This document shows, piece by piece, positions 48,180 to 61,260 of a stretch of 64,000 nucleotides of DNA. This DNA is from the human T2T-CHM13v2.0 reference genome, Homo sapiens. A program made the translations under genes and the position numbers. The first letter of the stretch is position 1; each line of letters opens with the position of its first letter. The stretch is taken from the NCBI RefSeq assembly GCF_009914755.1, contig NC_060929.1; one strand, 5' to 3'. Under the pieces are notes generated by a model, which saw nothing but the letters and a program-made list of their open reading frames with translations, ran no database searches and was not told the origin of the DNA.

Positions 48180-48700
48180 ATTTATTTTGGCAGCCATATC
48201 ATGTTGTTCAACATTTCAAAATTACATTTGACTAAATTTCCAGTGTTACCCAGTTATTTGTATAATTAGTTTTTGGATCTAATTCAAAGATTTTACATTC
48301 GTTCTTCTTAAAATTCCATTTTTATACTCTAGCTTATGAATAGTTTTAGAAACGATTCTCTGTTATCCAACATACTACCTAGTCCTCCAATCATCTTGTC
48401 ATCTGTAGCATTTGATAGGAATGCCATCAGTGTGCTCATCCAAACCTTTGATAAATATGTCAAAAAAAACGGGCCCAGGAAAGAACCCTGAGGCACACAG
48501 CTATAAAATTCCCTTCAGGTTGACATGGAATTAGCATTCTTGGAAATGATCCTTCAATTATCGATGAAGTCACCTGATTGTACTTGCATCCACTCCAAAT
48601 TTCTGCATGTTATCCACAAGGATTTCATGAGAAACACTGTCAGATGCTTTGCTAAAAGGCTAACACACTGTGTTTGCAGCATTTCCTTGACCTACCTGAG
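48180..48700 (-). mobile_element. L3/CR1 LINE reverse-transcriptase fragment
   Basis: Minus strand reads FSKASDSVSHEILVDNM ... PQGSFLGP ... ATDD, degenerate CR1 RT motifs. Confidence 0.8.
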
Positions 48701-48739
48701 TAGTAAACCCATGTATAGTTCAGTTCAACTTCAATTTTA

Positions 48740-49090
48740 AATGAATTTCAAGTTAAACTAAATTAAGCAAAAGAGATGAATTTATAGGTTCACCTAACCG
48801 TACATTCTATCCTCCAGAGCACTGGCTGTCTCTGCCTCTAGGCTCTACCACCCTGTGCATGAGTCCCATTCTTATGCAGCCTCTTCACTCTTAGAGCCAA
48901 GATGGCTACACCAGCTACAGAGCTTCTTTCCCCAACAGCTCCTCTAACCTCTTAGAACTGAGTTGCATTGTCCCTGACTAGATCATGAGCCATCTCTAAA
49001 CCAAACCCAGGGATAATCTGAGTGGCTAGCCCTGGGTCACATGCCTGCCCTTGATGACGGAGCTGCACTCTGTTCTACCCAAATTATACA
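48740..49090. mobile_element. MLT1 (J/K-like) LTR fragment
   Basis: CCAAGATGGCT, GATCATGAGCCATCTCTAAACCAA, CTGGGTCACATGCC. Confidence 0.55.
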
Positions 49091-49415
49091 AACTCACAGA
49101 TTATTTTAAAAGCCTCACAGATACCAAAAGAAAAAGAATGAACAGATATTTTCCATATTCAAGAAAAATATTTTACTTCTCAATGTAGGTTCCACAGTAT
49201 CTTCTGAACATATTGTTTTTCTCAAGGATTATTCACATTATATATTTATACAACCAATTACCTTCTATGTATTTATATACATATATCAACCATATATATG
49301 TATAGATACAGAATAATGTCTATACATGCACATATATAAAATCTCTAGTTATAAAGCAGTTGAAAGCATGCTATGCTTGGATAAACAAGGTATCACCAGA
49401 TGTTTATTTCTATAG

Positions 49416-50020
49416 GGCTGAGTAATGAGTATTCTCCATTCTGCAGCTGGCCAACAGACTTCAAACTCACTCACCACAGAAATCTGGGCAAGAAAACCTG
49501 TCCACAGATGAGAGGTGGGGTATCATGTATGCATTCTGTGGTGAACTGTTCTACTATGAAGTGATAATTTCCTGGTCCTGATTCATTTGGATGGCAATGG
49601 TAATCACAATCCAAAATATAGCGGTCTTAAAGCAACAGGAAATACCAGAGTTGAGAGATATAAGAACAAGAGTTATACTTTGGCTTCAATATAACTATCA
49701 GAATCTGGGGAATCTGGGGCTGCAAATTGCTTTTTCAGAGATGGATTCTCCAAATGCACTTAATAATGGTCAAATTCGTTCATCACCAAGGCATTCTCCC
49801 AGGCCCTAATCTGTCCCAATCACATTCAAGTCCATGGAGAAAGAAGTTTCACTTTTTACCATGCAAAAATCTGGTAATGGGAAAATGCAGGGATGAAAGA
49901 GCTCTTAGGGAACACTTTGAGAGGACGCTTTGGAGGAGAAAATCTTGGGAACCTTTATCTCATGGGATTGATCAAGAATCATTTGTAGCCAAACTCAATG
50001 GCAAAGTGAGGACACTTCAG
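49416..50020 (+). pseudogene. Candidate decayed ectodomain exon(s), Ig-V-like
   Basis: Acceptor TTTCTATAG|; phase-1 frame open for 49 codons; Cys at 49526 and 49721 in the same frame 65 codons apart; Trp 49573 and SYTLASI*LSESG need frameshifts; donor CAG|GTATGA. Confidence 0.35.
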
Positions 50021-50092
50021 GTATGACTGCCTGACGAGGTCACCATATTGATTCCCACTCTATCCTTAGATTTCTCATCTCTGTACTGTCAG

Positions 50093-50352
50093 GTGTCCCA
50101 GAAGGAAAGCCAACAGCAACAAAGACAGGACCCCACGCTCCCCTGTGACCACCCCCACCAACAATACAATATGACCTTGGCCTGAGTTATATACCTCTGT
50201 TGGTAGGTAATACCTCATAGTGGTTTGTGTCTGCCTCTTTCCTGTTCTTATTTTACATGGTGTCCTGTCTTTTGTGTTAGGTGAACTTGATGCTGCATCA
50301 GAGTCAACATCTACCTGGGCAGCGACAGAATCACCATATCTGACACTGAAAG
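50093..50352 (+). pseudogene. Two candidate Ser/Thr/Pro-rich stalk exons (50093-50202, 50281-50352)
   Basis: GT-AG introns of 72 and 78 bp with pyrimidine tracts; the 72-bp phase 1-1 exon is open: GELDAASESTSTWAATESPYLTLK. Confidence 0.5.
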
Positions 50353-50829
50353 GTAGATAGGTAGGCAGCAGAGAAAAAATAAGAGGATTGCCAATGTCAC
50401 AAATAAATCAAGCTTGGCCTGAATGTACTAGATGTAAAAATGAACACAAAAATCTGTTGGGATTTTTGTTAATATGCAATACTTATTAGCACGTGAGGTA
50501 TTACTCTCAGAGAAAGTAGAGAAAAAAGCGGGTATTTCAGGAAACTAAGAAAGAAGGCCAATAAGCCACCTTTTCTTGACAAAGTAGAGCCAAGCCACAT
50601 AGCCATGGGAGTGTTAGAGCATTTTGGTACTTTCCACATTGATCAATAACATTAAATGCTGCACTTAAGTCTAACAAAATGAAATTAGCAAGAACATATC
50701 AATGAACACAAAGAACCTGATCATTATCACTCCTAGAATGTATAGAACAACAACTAAAATGTAATTTATCTAAGGGTCTCACCATTAGAAAATAGAGCAG
50801 TGTCTTAATTTTCTTTCCCATTTTCACAG

Positions 50830-50893
50830 TAAGAAAGTCAATCCAGTGCTCCAGGCACTATTACATTAAATATTGATATAGAGTCACCATATA
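50830..50893 (+). pseudogene. Candidate third stalk exon
   Basis: Strong acceptor TTTTCTTTCCCATTTTCACAG|; reads ESQSSAPGTITLNIDIESPY (ESPY repeated from the previous exon); donor A|GTAGGT; needs a 1-bp indel. Confidence 0.4.
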
Positions 50894-51429
50894 GTAGGTT
50901 TTCCTTCTAAGAAATTGATAAATTCTTAATGAAGAGTAGGGAGACAGAGCCCAACATGAATGGGTAATTCATTCAAATACAGTTGACTTTTGTCTTTAGA
51001 GTTGTTCTTTTTCCATATTACACAAGGAATGATTTTCCTCTGGATTTAATTTTTCTGACACAAAAACATATATACCTAATAAATATTTCTAGATTATAAA
51101 TGAACATTCTTGGAAAGCTTTCATTAGGCATAAATAAAAATGAACAAAATCGAGTAGGCAGCTAGCTGACTAAAACCTGTATTTTATGAGAGGCCAAACA
51201 ATCAATAGCACCTACTTAGGAAAAGAAAAAATAAAACCCGGTTGGATATGTGGCTTCTTCTCCTGCCGCTTTCTGAACCTTTGAGGCTGCACAATTCTCT
51301 ATGCTGTAGATATGCAGAAGACATGGAGACTATAGTGCTCTGAAGCTAAAAGGGCTTTGAGATGTACATCTGCATTGGGGCTGCACAGAACCATCTAGAT
51401 ATATAGTTGTCAGTTCGAGAGTTCAGCTC

Positions 51430-51690
51430 CATTCACTTCAACTCAACAAGTTTCCATTAAGCACTTAGGTAGAGAGGTATAATAAGAAAGCTAGAAATAG
51501 AAAAGGCACAGAAGACATGATTCCAGTCCTCAAGATGTGTATCACCTGGAAGATATTCAAAGCACACATACATGAACTAAATAGCCAAGATTAATGTGTG
51601 ATGACAATATTTATCAAGCTATATGCAGAGATGCTGAGTGGAGGAAGCTAATTAAGGAAGACTTTTTGGAGTTTTGAGTTGAAATTTAAA
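51430..51690 (-). mobile_element. L2 fragment
   Basis: TTCAACTCAACAAG..ATTAAGCAC..CAGTCCTCAAG..GGAAGACTT. Confidence 0.6.
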
Positions 51691-52529
51691 GAAAATGACA
51701 AGGCTATCTTTTGGCCTCAACTTGCATGCACCCACATGTGATATGAACAGAAAGAGTGCCTCAGTTCAAATATGCAGTAGGAGCGCTCTTTGGATTTAAA
51801 AGATCACTAGGGAATGCTCTTTGTAACTTAGAAAAGATGTATTTCATGGAACTGGGTATGTATTTTTCTAAAGATCCCACCAGAGCTCTGCTCAGGGAAT
51901 GGCCAGTGAGATGTCCCGTACAATTTCCAGATGACCTCTAACCAGGCAATTGGCACCTGGAGGGCAGCCTAGCCTGTCCAACAGAAACATCAGTAGAATA
52001 AGATAACTCCCTTATATAAAAAAGATCACAGGAAATTAAATATATTAGTGCATTAGACAATCCAATAAAAATGGAAACATATACCGTATTTAAAAGAAGG
52101 AAAGTGAATGTCTTGAGAAATTCCAAAGAGTATTCCACAACCACAGTGTTGAGGTTTGAATTAAACTAATCAAAATCAGTCAAGACAAGTAGCTAGATAA
52201 AATTACATTTACTAAGTTTTACAAGCATTCCTATTGATTAGTACCAGGGCTTCTGGATGTATCTGAATGAGAGATTCTGTCCATGTTGTGAAAAAAATGA
52301 ATGAAGAGTCTTTAATTTGCTTTTAAGACCATGGTTTTGGTATAATGAATACCTTTGTTTTTGAGCATTTCTTTTCTCCTATGTTCTCTTTTGCCTGATG
52401 GAAACAATAACACTATATTTTAGTTGTATTTACCCATGTAATTTCCTAATTATTTATTGTTGCACATGTGTAGACTCAGTACTTAAACCTCCCATTGGTT
52501 AACTTCCCAATCTCTTATCAACACAAGGC

Positions 52530-52790
52530 TGTAGGGTGTGGCAGTTGAGAGTATGACTAAACAGTCAGGCTGCTGTCTCCAAATCGCCGCCTTGTCATGC
52601 ACTATTTGTGTTACCTTAGACAACTTACATAAAGTCTCTATGTCTGTGGTTCCTTATCTACAAAATGGAAGAAATAATAGACCGCACATCATGCATAGTC
52701 CATTATTTGTAAACATTTACAGTGATAATGTAAGAAAAGCTAGGTACAATGTCCATAGTTGGCTCTCAAAAGTATTTGTTAATTATTATC
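52530..52790 (+). mobile_element. MIR
   Basis: TGTGTTACCTTAGACAACTTACATAAAGTCTCT..ATCTACAAAATGG. Confidence 0.7.
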
Positions 52791-53129
52791 ATTGAAATAA
52801 AAATAATCCTATTAACTTTGATTAATGTGGTTACAAAATGAACATTATTGTGCCACAGCTTGCAATTTCTTAGTATTATCATTGAATACTTCCCTGCCTA
52901 ATTGCCTTAGTTATGGTCAATTAACTCCACGTGGGCTTCCAAATTGTTCCAGATTCTTTCTGAGTCCTTTAGATGAGGGGTGATTTGATCCTCACCTGAT
53001 TTATAAGGACCTACTCCAGGTTGACCTTCATTTTTGACATGACAATAACTAGACCAGATCTGGAGGCAAGAAGTTAATTTTCACCAAACATTCATCCTGT
53101 GCTCTTCTTTTCTCCTACAGAATTTCCCA

Positions 53130-53320
53130 TCTTCTAATTTTCATACTTTTATTATTTATGGCTTACTATATGTTTTTCCCACTAAACTATAAGCCCCAGG
53201 GAAAGAATGATCTTTGTTTTATTCTTGGAAGTATGCCAGTTGCCTAGAAGAGTTCCTGACACATAGTAGGAACTCAAGAAACATTTGTTGAAATGAATCA
53301 ACTTGTTGAAATGAATTGAG
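53130..53320 (+). mobile_element. L2 3' end
   Basis: CCTGACACATAGTAGGAACTCAAGAAACATTTGTTGAAATGAAT. Confidence 0.8.
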
Positions 53321-54110
53321 TGCAATGAGCCTCACAAAGATGTCCTGCTTTGGACCATATTCATTCAACAAATATCAATTAATTAGGGCTACCATGCATA
53401 TTTAACCATCAGAGAAGTCTCTTGCAGAGAATGCAATCCCCAAAGCATATGCAAAGTGGTCTCTAGTGGAGTACACACTAAGTGTACCTTATTTGGGGCT
53501 ATTATAAAATACAGTACTGACAACTGAGATGCTTGCTAACCAACTGGAGAGACAGGACAATTACAGAGAAAAGTATAACTGAAATGTCAGACTCTATATA
53601 TCCTGTGCCTCGAGAATGATAGTGAGAGTGGGGGCTGGCATTCAGTTGAAGGAGAATGGTAGAAGAAAGGTTTAAAGGCAAAAAAAAATGCAATGACGTG
53701 TTCACAGGAGACCTGTGAGACTATGGCAGAGGTTGTGAAGTACAGTGGAGAAGGTATTAATGTTGGAAAAAGAAGTGTTCACTGCAGGCATTGTCCCTTA
53801 CAAACATTGACTGCACAAAAACTGACATGGCCCCTGTACTCATGGAATTTAGTCTATTGGGGGGTGACAGAAATTAATAAAATAACCACTCAAATAAATG
53901 TAAAATTACCTCTTCTTGGGAGCATTTAACACAGGAACACATACTATTAAAAACGCACATAGGGTATATCACCAAGATCAGGGAAGGCTAGGGAAGGTTT
54001 CCCTGAAGAAGAGAAAGGAGAGAATTTGCCTGTTTCTCACTATTATAACTTGAGGTCAGAAAGTGTCCTATTTTACCTTTGTCTTTCCAGGCAGCATAAT
54101 ACATATACAG

Positions 54111-54440
54111 TATCTTAATCCACTTGTGCTACTATAATAAAATATCACAGACTGTGTAATTTATAAAGAGTGTATTTCTCACAGTTCTGGAGGCTGGGAA
54201 GTCCAAGATCAAGGCACTGCATTTGCTGTCTTGGGAGGGACTTCTTGCAACATCCTCACATGCCAGAAAACAGAAGGGCAAGCTAGTTGAAGGCTGTATG
54301 AAGACTCTTTCATAAGGGTCTTAATCTCTTTCATGAGGGAGGAGCACTCAAGAACGAATCACCTCTTAAAAGCCTTACCTCTTAATACTATCACACTGGC
54401 AATATATGAATTTTGGAGGGCACACCTTCAAATCATAACA
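54111..54440 (-). mobile_element. MST (MSTC/D-like) MaLR solo LTR
   Basis: TATTTCTCACAGTTCTGGAGGCTGGGAAGTCCAAGATCAAGG; TSD TACAG/CACAG at 54106-54110 and 54441-54445. Confidence 0.87.
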
Positions 54441-55169
54441 CACAGTGTAGTTTTGATGAGTGACTAAATGAAGGGGTGCAGACTTTGGAGGGCATTGGAT
54501 TTTGAGTAAAGGATATGAATTTTATTCCAAATTAGATCCCACTCTGAGCATACTTCTACTAAGCGTGGTGGGAAAGTCCATTTTAGTTATTATTTTGCTG
54601 TCTGTCATTCCAAAATACACTAGAATCTGGAAAACTTGTCTGAATCTCAGAAAAAAAAGGATCAGATCTCTATTGCCTATTCCAATGTGAAGATGCTGAC
54701 CATTCTTATTTACTGTGCTCATTGAAGTCCTTTACAGCCCCTTGAAGTCCTGTGACTCTCTTGCTGTTTTTTTTTTTTTTTTTTTGAACAGTGGCATCTG
54801 GGAATCTTTGCTAAGAATGTGAATATGGTCCCATCTCTTGGGTAGACCCTAAAGCCGTTGCTTCTGAAGTCTTACCTGCTTTGGGGGGCATTGCCGTGGA
54901 AGACACACTGTATTCCCTATCTTTTTTCTGAATCTGTAGCAATCACCCTTTCTCACCTCTAGCTACCTTCAAAGACATTAACGCTATCTTCAAAAAACTA
55001 GGTTACCTTTGAGAAATGGGATAGGAGATATTAATAATAGAGGGGTAGGGGTAGCATTTGGGTATCCCCTATTAATTAATATCTCAAGACTCTTCCTGCC
55101 ACACCTAGATGAGAAGCTTAGAGTTCTTATTTTTGACAATGATGTTTTCAAATGTATAAATGATTCTCT

Positions 55170-55660
55170 AACTTAAGGGGACAAGATGGATTGTAGGGGG
55201 GCAGGTGGGGAAGGCATTATTGGGAAACCAATGAGAAGCTTATGGCCACAATCTACATGTGATGTAAAAAGATTCTGGACCTTATTGGTGGCAGTGGATG
55301 TGGGAAGCAGAGCAGACATTAGAGGCATATAGAAAAGACTTTAGTAGCTATGGGATACAGATCGTGTGAGAAGGAAGATTTAAAGTCTCAGTGAGTGGAA
55401 AAAGTTGACTTGGAGGGAAACAGGGACCATGACATGAACATGTTAGCAAGACAGTCATTGATGTAGAGATGTTTAACTAGATGATGAAGCTGTGAGGTTG
55501 ATCCTCTGGGAGAAAGTTAAGTGCAAGAGAACATTTTGGGAATCACTGGTAACAGGTGGTGATTGAAAATGTGAAGATGAATGAGAACCCTGAAGGAGAA
55601 AGTTAGAGAGAAAAATCAAGACAAGGTTGGACCTTGGAGTTTGGTGGAGTTTAGACACAG
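55170..55660 (-). mobile_element. L2 fragment
   Basis: Degraded purine-rich L2 ORF antisense motifs. Confidence 0.5.
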
Positions 55661-56140
55661 GCAGCTAAAATCCAGAAGCCTTTCTCATGAAAAAGAAAAT
55701 CTCCCTAGACCACTGACACTGAAACCTGGAGTCAAGCCAGGCTGACCTCTGTGAAACTAAAAGCCGTAGAGAGGACAGAAAGAATGAGAATGGCCAACTT
55801 CCTAAAATTAATTTAGGAAACAAATATTAAAAAGCTATTACAGTAGGCTACTAGAAACTTTGTCGGTTCTAGTTTGGTGGGAAGAAAAATCAGGAGTTCA
55901 GGAAAAAAATAGGTGGTGAGGAAAAAGAGGAAGGGCTTGAAGACCCATTCTTTTAGCAATCTGGAAGGGAAAGGATGATGAGAAATATGAAAATAACTAG
56001 AGGGTGTTATAGAATAAAATAAGAAATTGTTTTCTCTTTCCGAGTACCTCAAGAAAATGTCTTTTCCAAGGAGGCAGAAGTATCAGATTTACACTCTTAA
56101 AGGAAATAACCAGATTTCTATAACATTTTGCCATTTGTAG

Positions 56141-56620
56141 GTAGTCATACCAGAAGTTGTTCACCTAAATTACTTGGCCCAGGGTCTGCCGCGACTCAGT
56201 AAATGATTAAATGTCCATTTTTGTGGCCTTATGAAAGAGACACTCACTATCACAGCACAGTCAGCAATGATAATGGATTCTTTATTTCTCTGTTGCCATC
56301 ATGGTTACTAAAGCTGACCACTCTTGCCCAGTGGCTGTCAGTTCTGCTGCAGAGGATACAAGGAAGAGAGAGAGAAGTTGGAAAAGAAATATATACTCCA
56401 GTCCCACACAGAGATCTAAAGGGTTGGATTTAGATGTGTGCTCTTTTCAGAATTTGGATTAGGAATAAGCAGAATGGAGCCTTGAGAACAGTGCCTCTGG
56501 CACCATGACTCACTACTGAGGATTTCATTAGGAGGAGAAGTACATATCCTTCAGTCAGTCATCAGGAAATTATGACTGCCTGCTTATTCCACCAAATCCT
56601 GCAGAAGTTAGCTGGAGAGG
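56141..56620 (+). pseudogene. Candidate decayed 480-bp phase 1-1 exon, possibly Ig-like
   Basis: Acceptor TTTTGCCATTTGTAG|; donor GAGG|GTAAGA; one frame over 160 codons with three stops; Cys at 56212 and 56437 are 75 codons apart. Confidence 0.33.
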
Positions 56621-57174
56621 GTAAGAGTCTGGGGGTGGAAACTTTGCACTGCAATGCTTTCCTTGCCTAAATCCAATCTTTTCTATTTCAAGTCATGAAA
56701 ATACATATTTTTTAGATGTATTGAGAGACACACGTACAGATATATATATATATATACAGATATACATATACAGATATACAGATATATGTATCTGTATATA
56801 TATTCATAAACATTTACCTGTCAATGTAACTTAGGGTGCCTTTAAATAAAAATCTCAACTGAATTAACCTAAAATGAAATGTTCTGTATACAAGTCCCCA
56901 AAAGAAGATGAACCCTAAGAAGGACTACTTAAATTCATCCCAGAGAAAATAGGGAATAAATGAGCATACCAGGTAGAGTTAGAAAGTTATTTTGATGAAC
57001 TGATTTCTATATAATATGAAGGAAGATTACAGCTCACAGGGTTTTATATTTTAAAATAAATCATTGCATAGAAGCATAGGAAATAGAACTAAGAATTTTG
57101 TTCTCATGTCAAGTTAACACTTTCCTCCCTTTACAGAATTCAAAATTGCAGTAGGAAAACACAATTTAGGCAGT

Positions 57175-57750
57175 CCGTCACTCATTCAACCAGAAGGCAT
57201 TGGGGGGCCTCCCATGAGCCAGGCACAGTGTTAGGCTCTAGGACAAGATGGTGAACAGAAAGGTCTTTCTCACTTGCATGGAGCTGAGAGGTTAGTGGGG
57301 GTAGGGGAAAAGAAGTAAACAAATAATGGCACTGATGATTGTATAATTACAAACTGAGATAAGTGCTTTAATGGAAAAGAATGGAGACTTCTAAGAAGCA
57401 ACAACAAAGGACTCCGAGTGGGGGGCATAGACCTGGGAAGGCTTCCTGGAGAATGGGCTATTTGAGCTTAGATCTAAAGAACAAGGCTGAGTAAAAGCTA
57501 ACCAAGAAGCAGGTGGGTGGCGGGGGGAGCATCCCAGATCCTGAGAAGAGCTTGCACAAGGGTGAACCCCACCCCCACTCCCAACCTCCACAGGGGCCAA
57601 GCAGGGCAGCTCCTTGTTAAAGATTTGGTCTTTATTCCAACATCAGTGGGAGGCCATTCAAGGATTTTAAGCAGGTTGGTGACATGATCAGATTTGTGTT
57701 TTGAAAAGAGCACCCTGGCTGCAATGTTGAAAACAAATTGGAAAGACATT
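57175..57750 (-). mobile_element. L2 (L2a/b) fragment
   Basis: CATTCAAC..GAGCCAGGCACAGTGTTAGG..GGAAGGCTTCCTGGAG..GACATGATCAGATTTGTGTTTT. Confidence 0.82.
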
Positions 57751-58842
57751 GTTTAAAAGCCAATTGTTGCACTAAGTAAATGCGAAGGCCTGCAGCTGTC
57801 ACAATCACTATCGTGTGGTCACCTGACCCCAGTAATATTTTTCTCTGCCCCTGAGGACATTTGGAAGCTATTTGCAGTGAAGAATTAAGAATTTCTTGAT
57901 TCCAGATTATTATATGTCAACCTTTGAGCTAGAGACACAATGTTTTTCTGTCTGCTCAAAATTTTGATTGGTACAACTAATCACTGTTCCTGTTGGTGAC
58001 AGTCCAAACAAGGCCTAACAAGCACATGTTTGCATTTCAGAGTCAGGGAGAGCAGCAGATTCCTCCTCTTCTCCTTCCTTCTTTGTATTGTACTTACTCA
58101 TCACCCTTCTACCTTCCCTATCTGCACTTTTACTCTCCATGCTTTTTACCCATCTCTAACTTCCCTGGTTCCCCATCATACCTAGACTCCCAGTCAGTTA
58201 TTTCAACAGAGCTGTTGCTGTAGTGCCAGACTGAGGAGGACAGGGAGAGGAACTGGCAGGAGCCAGGCAGGAGCCAGCCATCTCTGACTAGCTTGTAACC
58301 TTGTCTTGGAAAGGACAGATTGCAAAGGCCTATTTATCAAACCTCAACTAACCAGGACTAAAACCATGTGTATTGCCCTCATCAGAACCCCGAGTCCCCA
58401 TTGTCATGTTAGTAGTCCTGGAGCCCAAGCAGGGCTGAGATGGAGTAGAGAGCTGGACATCTTAGCTGGGGTACATGGTAGAATATGGGGACAGGGAGCT
58501 AGTTAGGTTCTGATGACTCCAGCCTGGGAAACCCACCTCTCAATATATGTATACCTGCCTCCAAGTTGCAAAACATTGCTGTAGAAACTAATGTGCTCTT
58601 AGATGGCATCCAAAATGTACCCTCTGCCACGTTGAAAGCTCTCTTCACCATCGCAGGCAAGTGGCCATGACCAGGTGTTAATAATATGCCTTTAGCTGTT
58701 GTCTTCTTATGTTGACTCCAAGCAGACCCCTCCCTTAATTTCCACTAACTTAAGCTAATTGCAGCCTCTGCAGCCATGCAGGCTAATCCTTTGTTGACAA
58801 TAAAACCCTTTAGTACTTTCAGTGTGTCATTATGTCTCCTAG

Positions 58843-58974
58843 ATTTTCTGCAGGCTGGAGCTCCTTATTTCTTGGCATGGGTGCTTCTCTGCTGAGGTTT
58901 CCAGTGTGTTATCATACTGGCTGCACTTCTGTGGACCTGCCAAGAGTCTACCATTATTAAGACATTTGCGATTG
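58843..58974 (+). pseudogene. Candidate transmembrane exon
   Basis: Acceptor TGTCTCCTAG|; phase 1 reads FLQAGAPYFLAWVLLC*GFQCVIILAALLWTCQESTIIKTFAI; the donor is weak. Confidence 0.4.
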
Positions 58975-59476
58975 GTTGATTCAATAAGCTGATTAATCAA
59001 CATTATTAGTTTATCCATTGTTTTCAAACCAGTTCTGTTTCTACCTTTGTCCAAAATTTGAAAGAGACCCCATAGCTTTTCTATTGTGGGAAATAAGAGT
59101 AGTCCTTTTAGACATTTAAAAACTAATAACTCTGTAACTCCAGTTCGGTCCATCCCAATTTGCTCAACATTCCAAATATATGTCCAGTTTAGGGCTTATC
59201 CCCTCCTGCCAAGATCTGACCCAGTCTCAGAAGCCTGGAGTTGGGGGACAGAGTATGACTGTATATTTATTGTTTCATAGCTGTTTCTCCTTTTCTCACT
59301 GGCTGCTGTTTCCCATGACTTAGTGCTGGGCTGAGGAAGAAGAGACTATGGGAACGTGGCTGACACAGTTAAAAGTGCTGATGCCTTCGAAGTATAATGG
59401 ATATACAAAGCTGATTCTCTCCTTTACATGACACCATTATATGTTCTTTGAGGTGCTTTGCTGATGACATCTAAAC

Positions 59477-59664
59477 CAGTTCTTCTCAAAGTATAGTCCG
59501 TAAATTACACAATTATTATCACCTAGGAGCTTGTTAGAAATACACATTTTTGAGTCTCACCTCAGTCCTAAGGAATCAGAATTTCTAGGAGGTGTGGCTG
59601 AGGAAATTTGTTTTAACAGGTTCCCAGGGTAATTCTAATGCAGGCTAAAGTTTGAGAAGCATTG
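59477..59664. mobile_element. MER5A
   Basis: CAGTTCTTCTCAAA...TTTGAGAAGCATTG; 8-bp TSD-like ATCTAAAC/ATCTAGAT. Confidence 0.83.
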
Positions 59665-60779
59665 ATCTAGATAGTGGTTTATCCTCTGGCTGGTCACTTA
59701 CAAGGCCTGGGTTTGGGGGCACATTGCACCTCTAGGCCTGTGTTTTCCTGTGAGCTGAGCCCACAGGTGAACTGCAGGACACGACAGCTTTTTCCCAGTT
59801 TCCTCCCAACATTATCCTTTCCTCTCTGCTGTACTTCTCAGAGGTCCCTGAACCCAGTTGTCCATCTTACACTTCTGGGATGAGGCAGGTGTTAAGCGTC
59901 TCTGCTCCAAACTCCAGGAGATAAGAACAAAGCTCTCAGGGAGTTCTAAGCGTCCCTCTCTTGATTTAAGGAGTGGAGAATGTTCCTCTTTTTTCTCTCC
60001 CATTGAAGTGAGTGATAGGCCCATGCAAACAAAACCAGATTTACTGTCCATTAGCTGTTCCACAAAAGTGATCTAGCATTTCCATTTGGGATGTAGAAGG
60101 ACTTGATACCTCTTGTATTATTCATGGCGTTTGGGGTCTGTTGCAAAAATCTGAGAAGCACAGAAGTCACATTTAACATCTTCTTGGACATGGCAACCAA
60201 AACTCAATCCAATAAGATGGCTCTTCTTTGTCGTACACACTCCTTTTAGGTATGCAGTCAAAGTTCACATTGACCACATCATATCACTGATATAAGAGAT
60301 ATACTGTCAATTTCCTTAAATTATTTTCCCTTATGCTCCTGTTGTCATGTCTGCCCAAATTTATTCTTAGCTGGGTCTTTGTGTTACTTTTTAAATACAT
60401 TTTTGCTTCTCTTTCATATTTACCATGGTTATGGCCCCTTCTTGCCTTCTTGTGTGCATACGTTGTGGAGCTCATAGAACTTTACAGCACTGACTTTTCT
60501 AATATCCAGATTATCTGTGTTACACACATTCAGGTAAAATGATCACAGTTCCCATTATTGGCAATATTTTCCCCTTCTTGTTGATCAGAATTAAGAAGAG
60601 ATTACTAATCCCCTGATCCATTCCTCTACATCTGAAAAACGAAATTATCATCAAGGCAAATGAAGAATTTATCAGAAGTTTTGCTGTCATTACATCAAAC
60701 ATCCTGCAGATGCTTATTACACATCTGTGCTATCTACCCTTCCTGGTTGGACATTCACTGCTGCTCAGCAATTTATTTC

Positions 60780-61260
60780 TTAACCCTTTATTCCTCTCTC
60801 CATGAAGATTATGCCAAATCTTCTTCATTCCTATAAGTTCAGGCACCATTTGTTCCCCTCACTCCCCATAAATGATTCCACATCCAGTGGACTAAAAGAA
60901 TTGTCAGACAATATGAGATCCCTGAACTTTCCTCCTCTCTACCTCAAAAATCTCTCTGTAATTTGACTTTGTTACTCTTTCCTCTAAGACCATGTCTCCA
61001 TCTTTGTCATTTTTTCCCACCCCACTTGGGGATCCCATTTATTTTTCTCTTTAATCTGTCTCTCTGCATTAGCTATATAAGTCTCATATCCCAAAAACCA
61101 ACCAACAAGAAAACATGCTGTGACCATCATGTCCTTTTCCCATGTCCCACTTCTGTTGATCCACCTCTGCTCACTTTCCTCCATTCTTCTAATAAAGTTT
61201 CTTCAAAGCCAGTCGATGATCTAATCACAGATTCCAAGATCTTTTCTTATTTTTTCATCC
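60780..61260 (+). mobile_element. L2 fragment
   Basis: Pyrimidine-rich degraded L2 ORF motifs. Confidence 0.45.

Noticed and set aside
47629-50051. 16-bp exact repeat GAGGTCACCATATTGA in the 7SL copy and at 50036
   Set aside because: No flanking similarity; one 16-mer match in 64 kb is near chance expectation.
60333-60542. Hydrophobic 69-aa ORF as a membrane protein
   Set aside because: Hydrophobicity is explained by T-rich composition; only the terminal 24 bp has exon-like boundaries.
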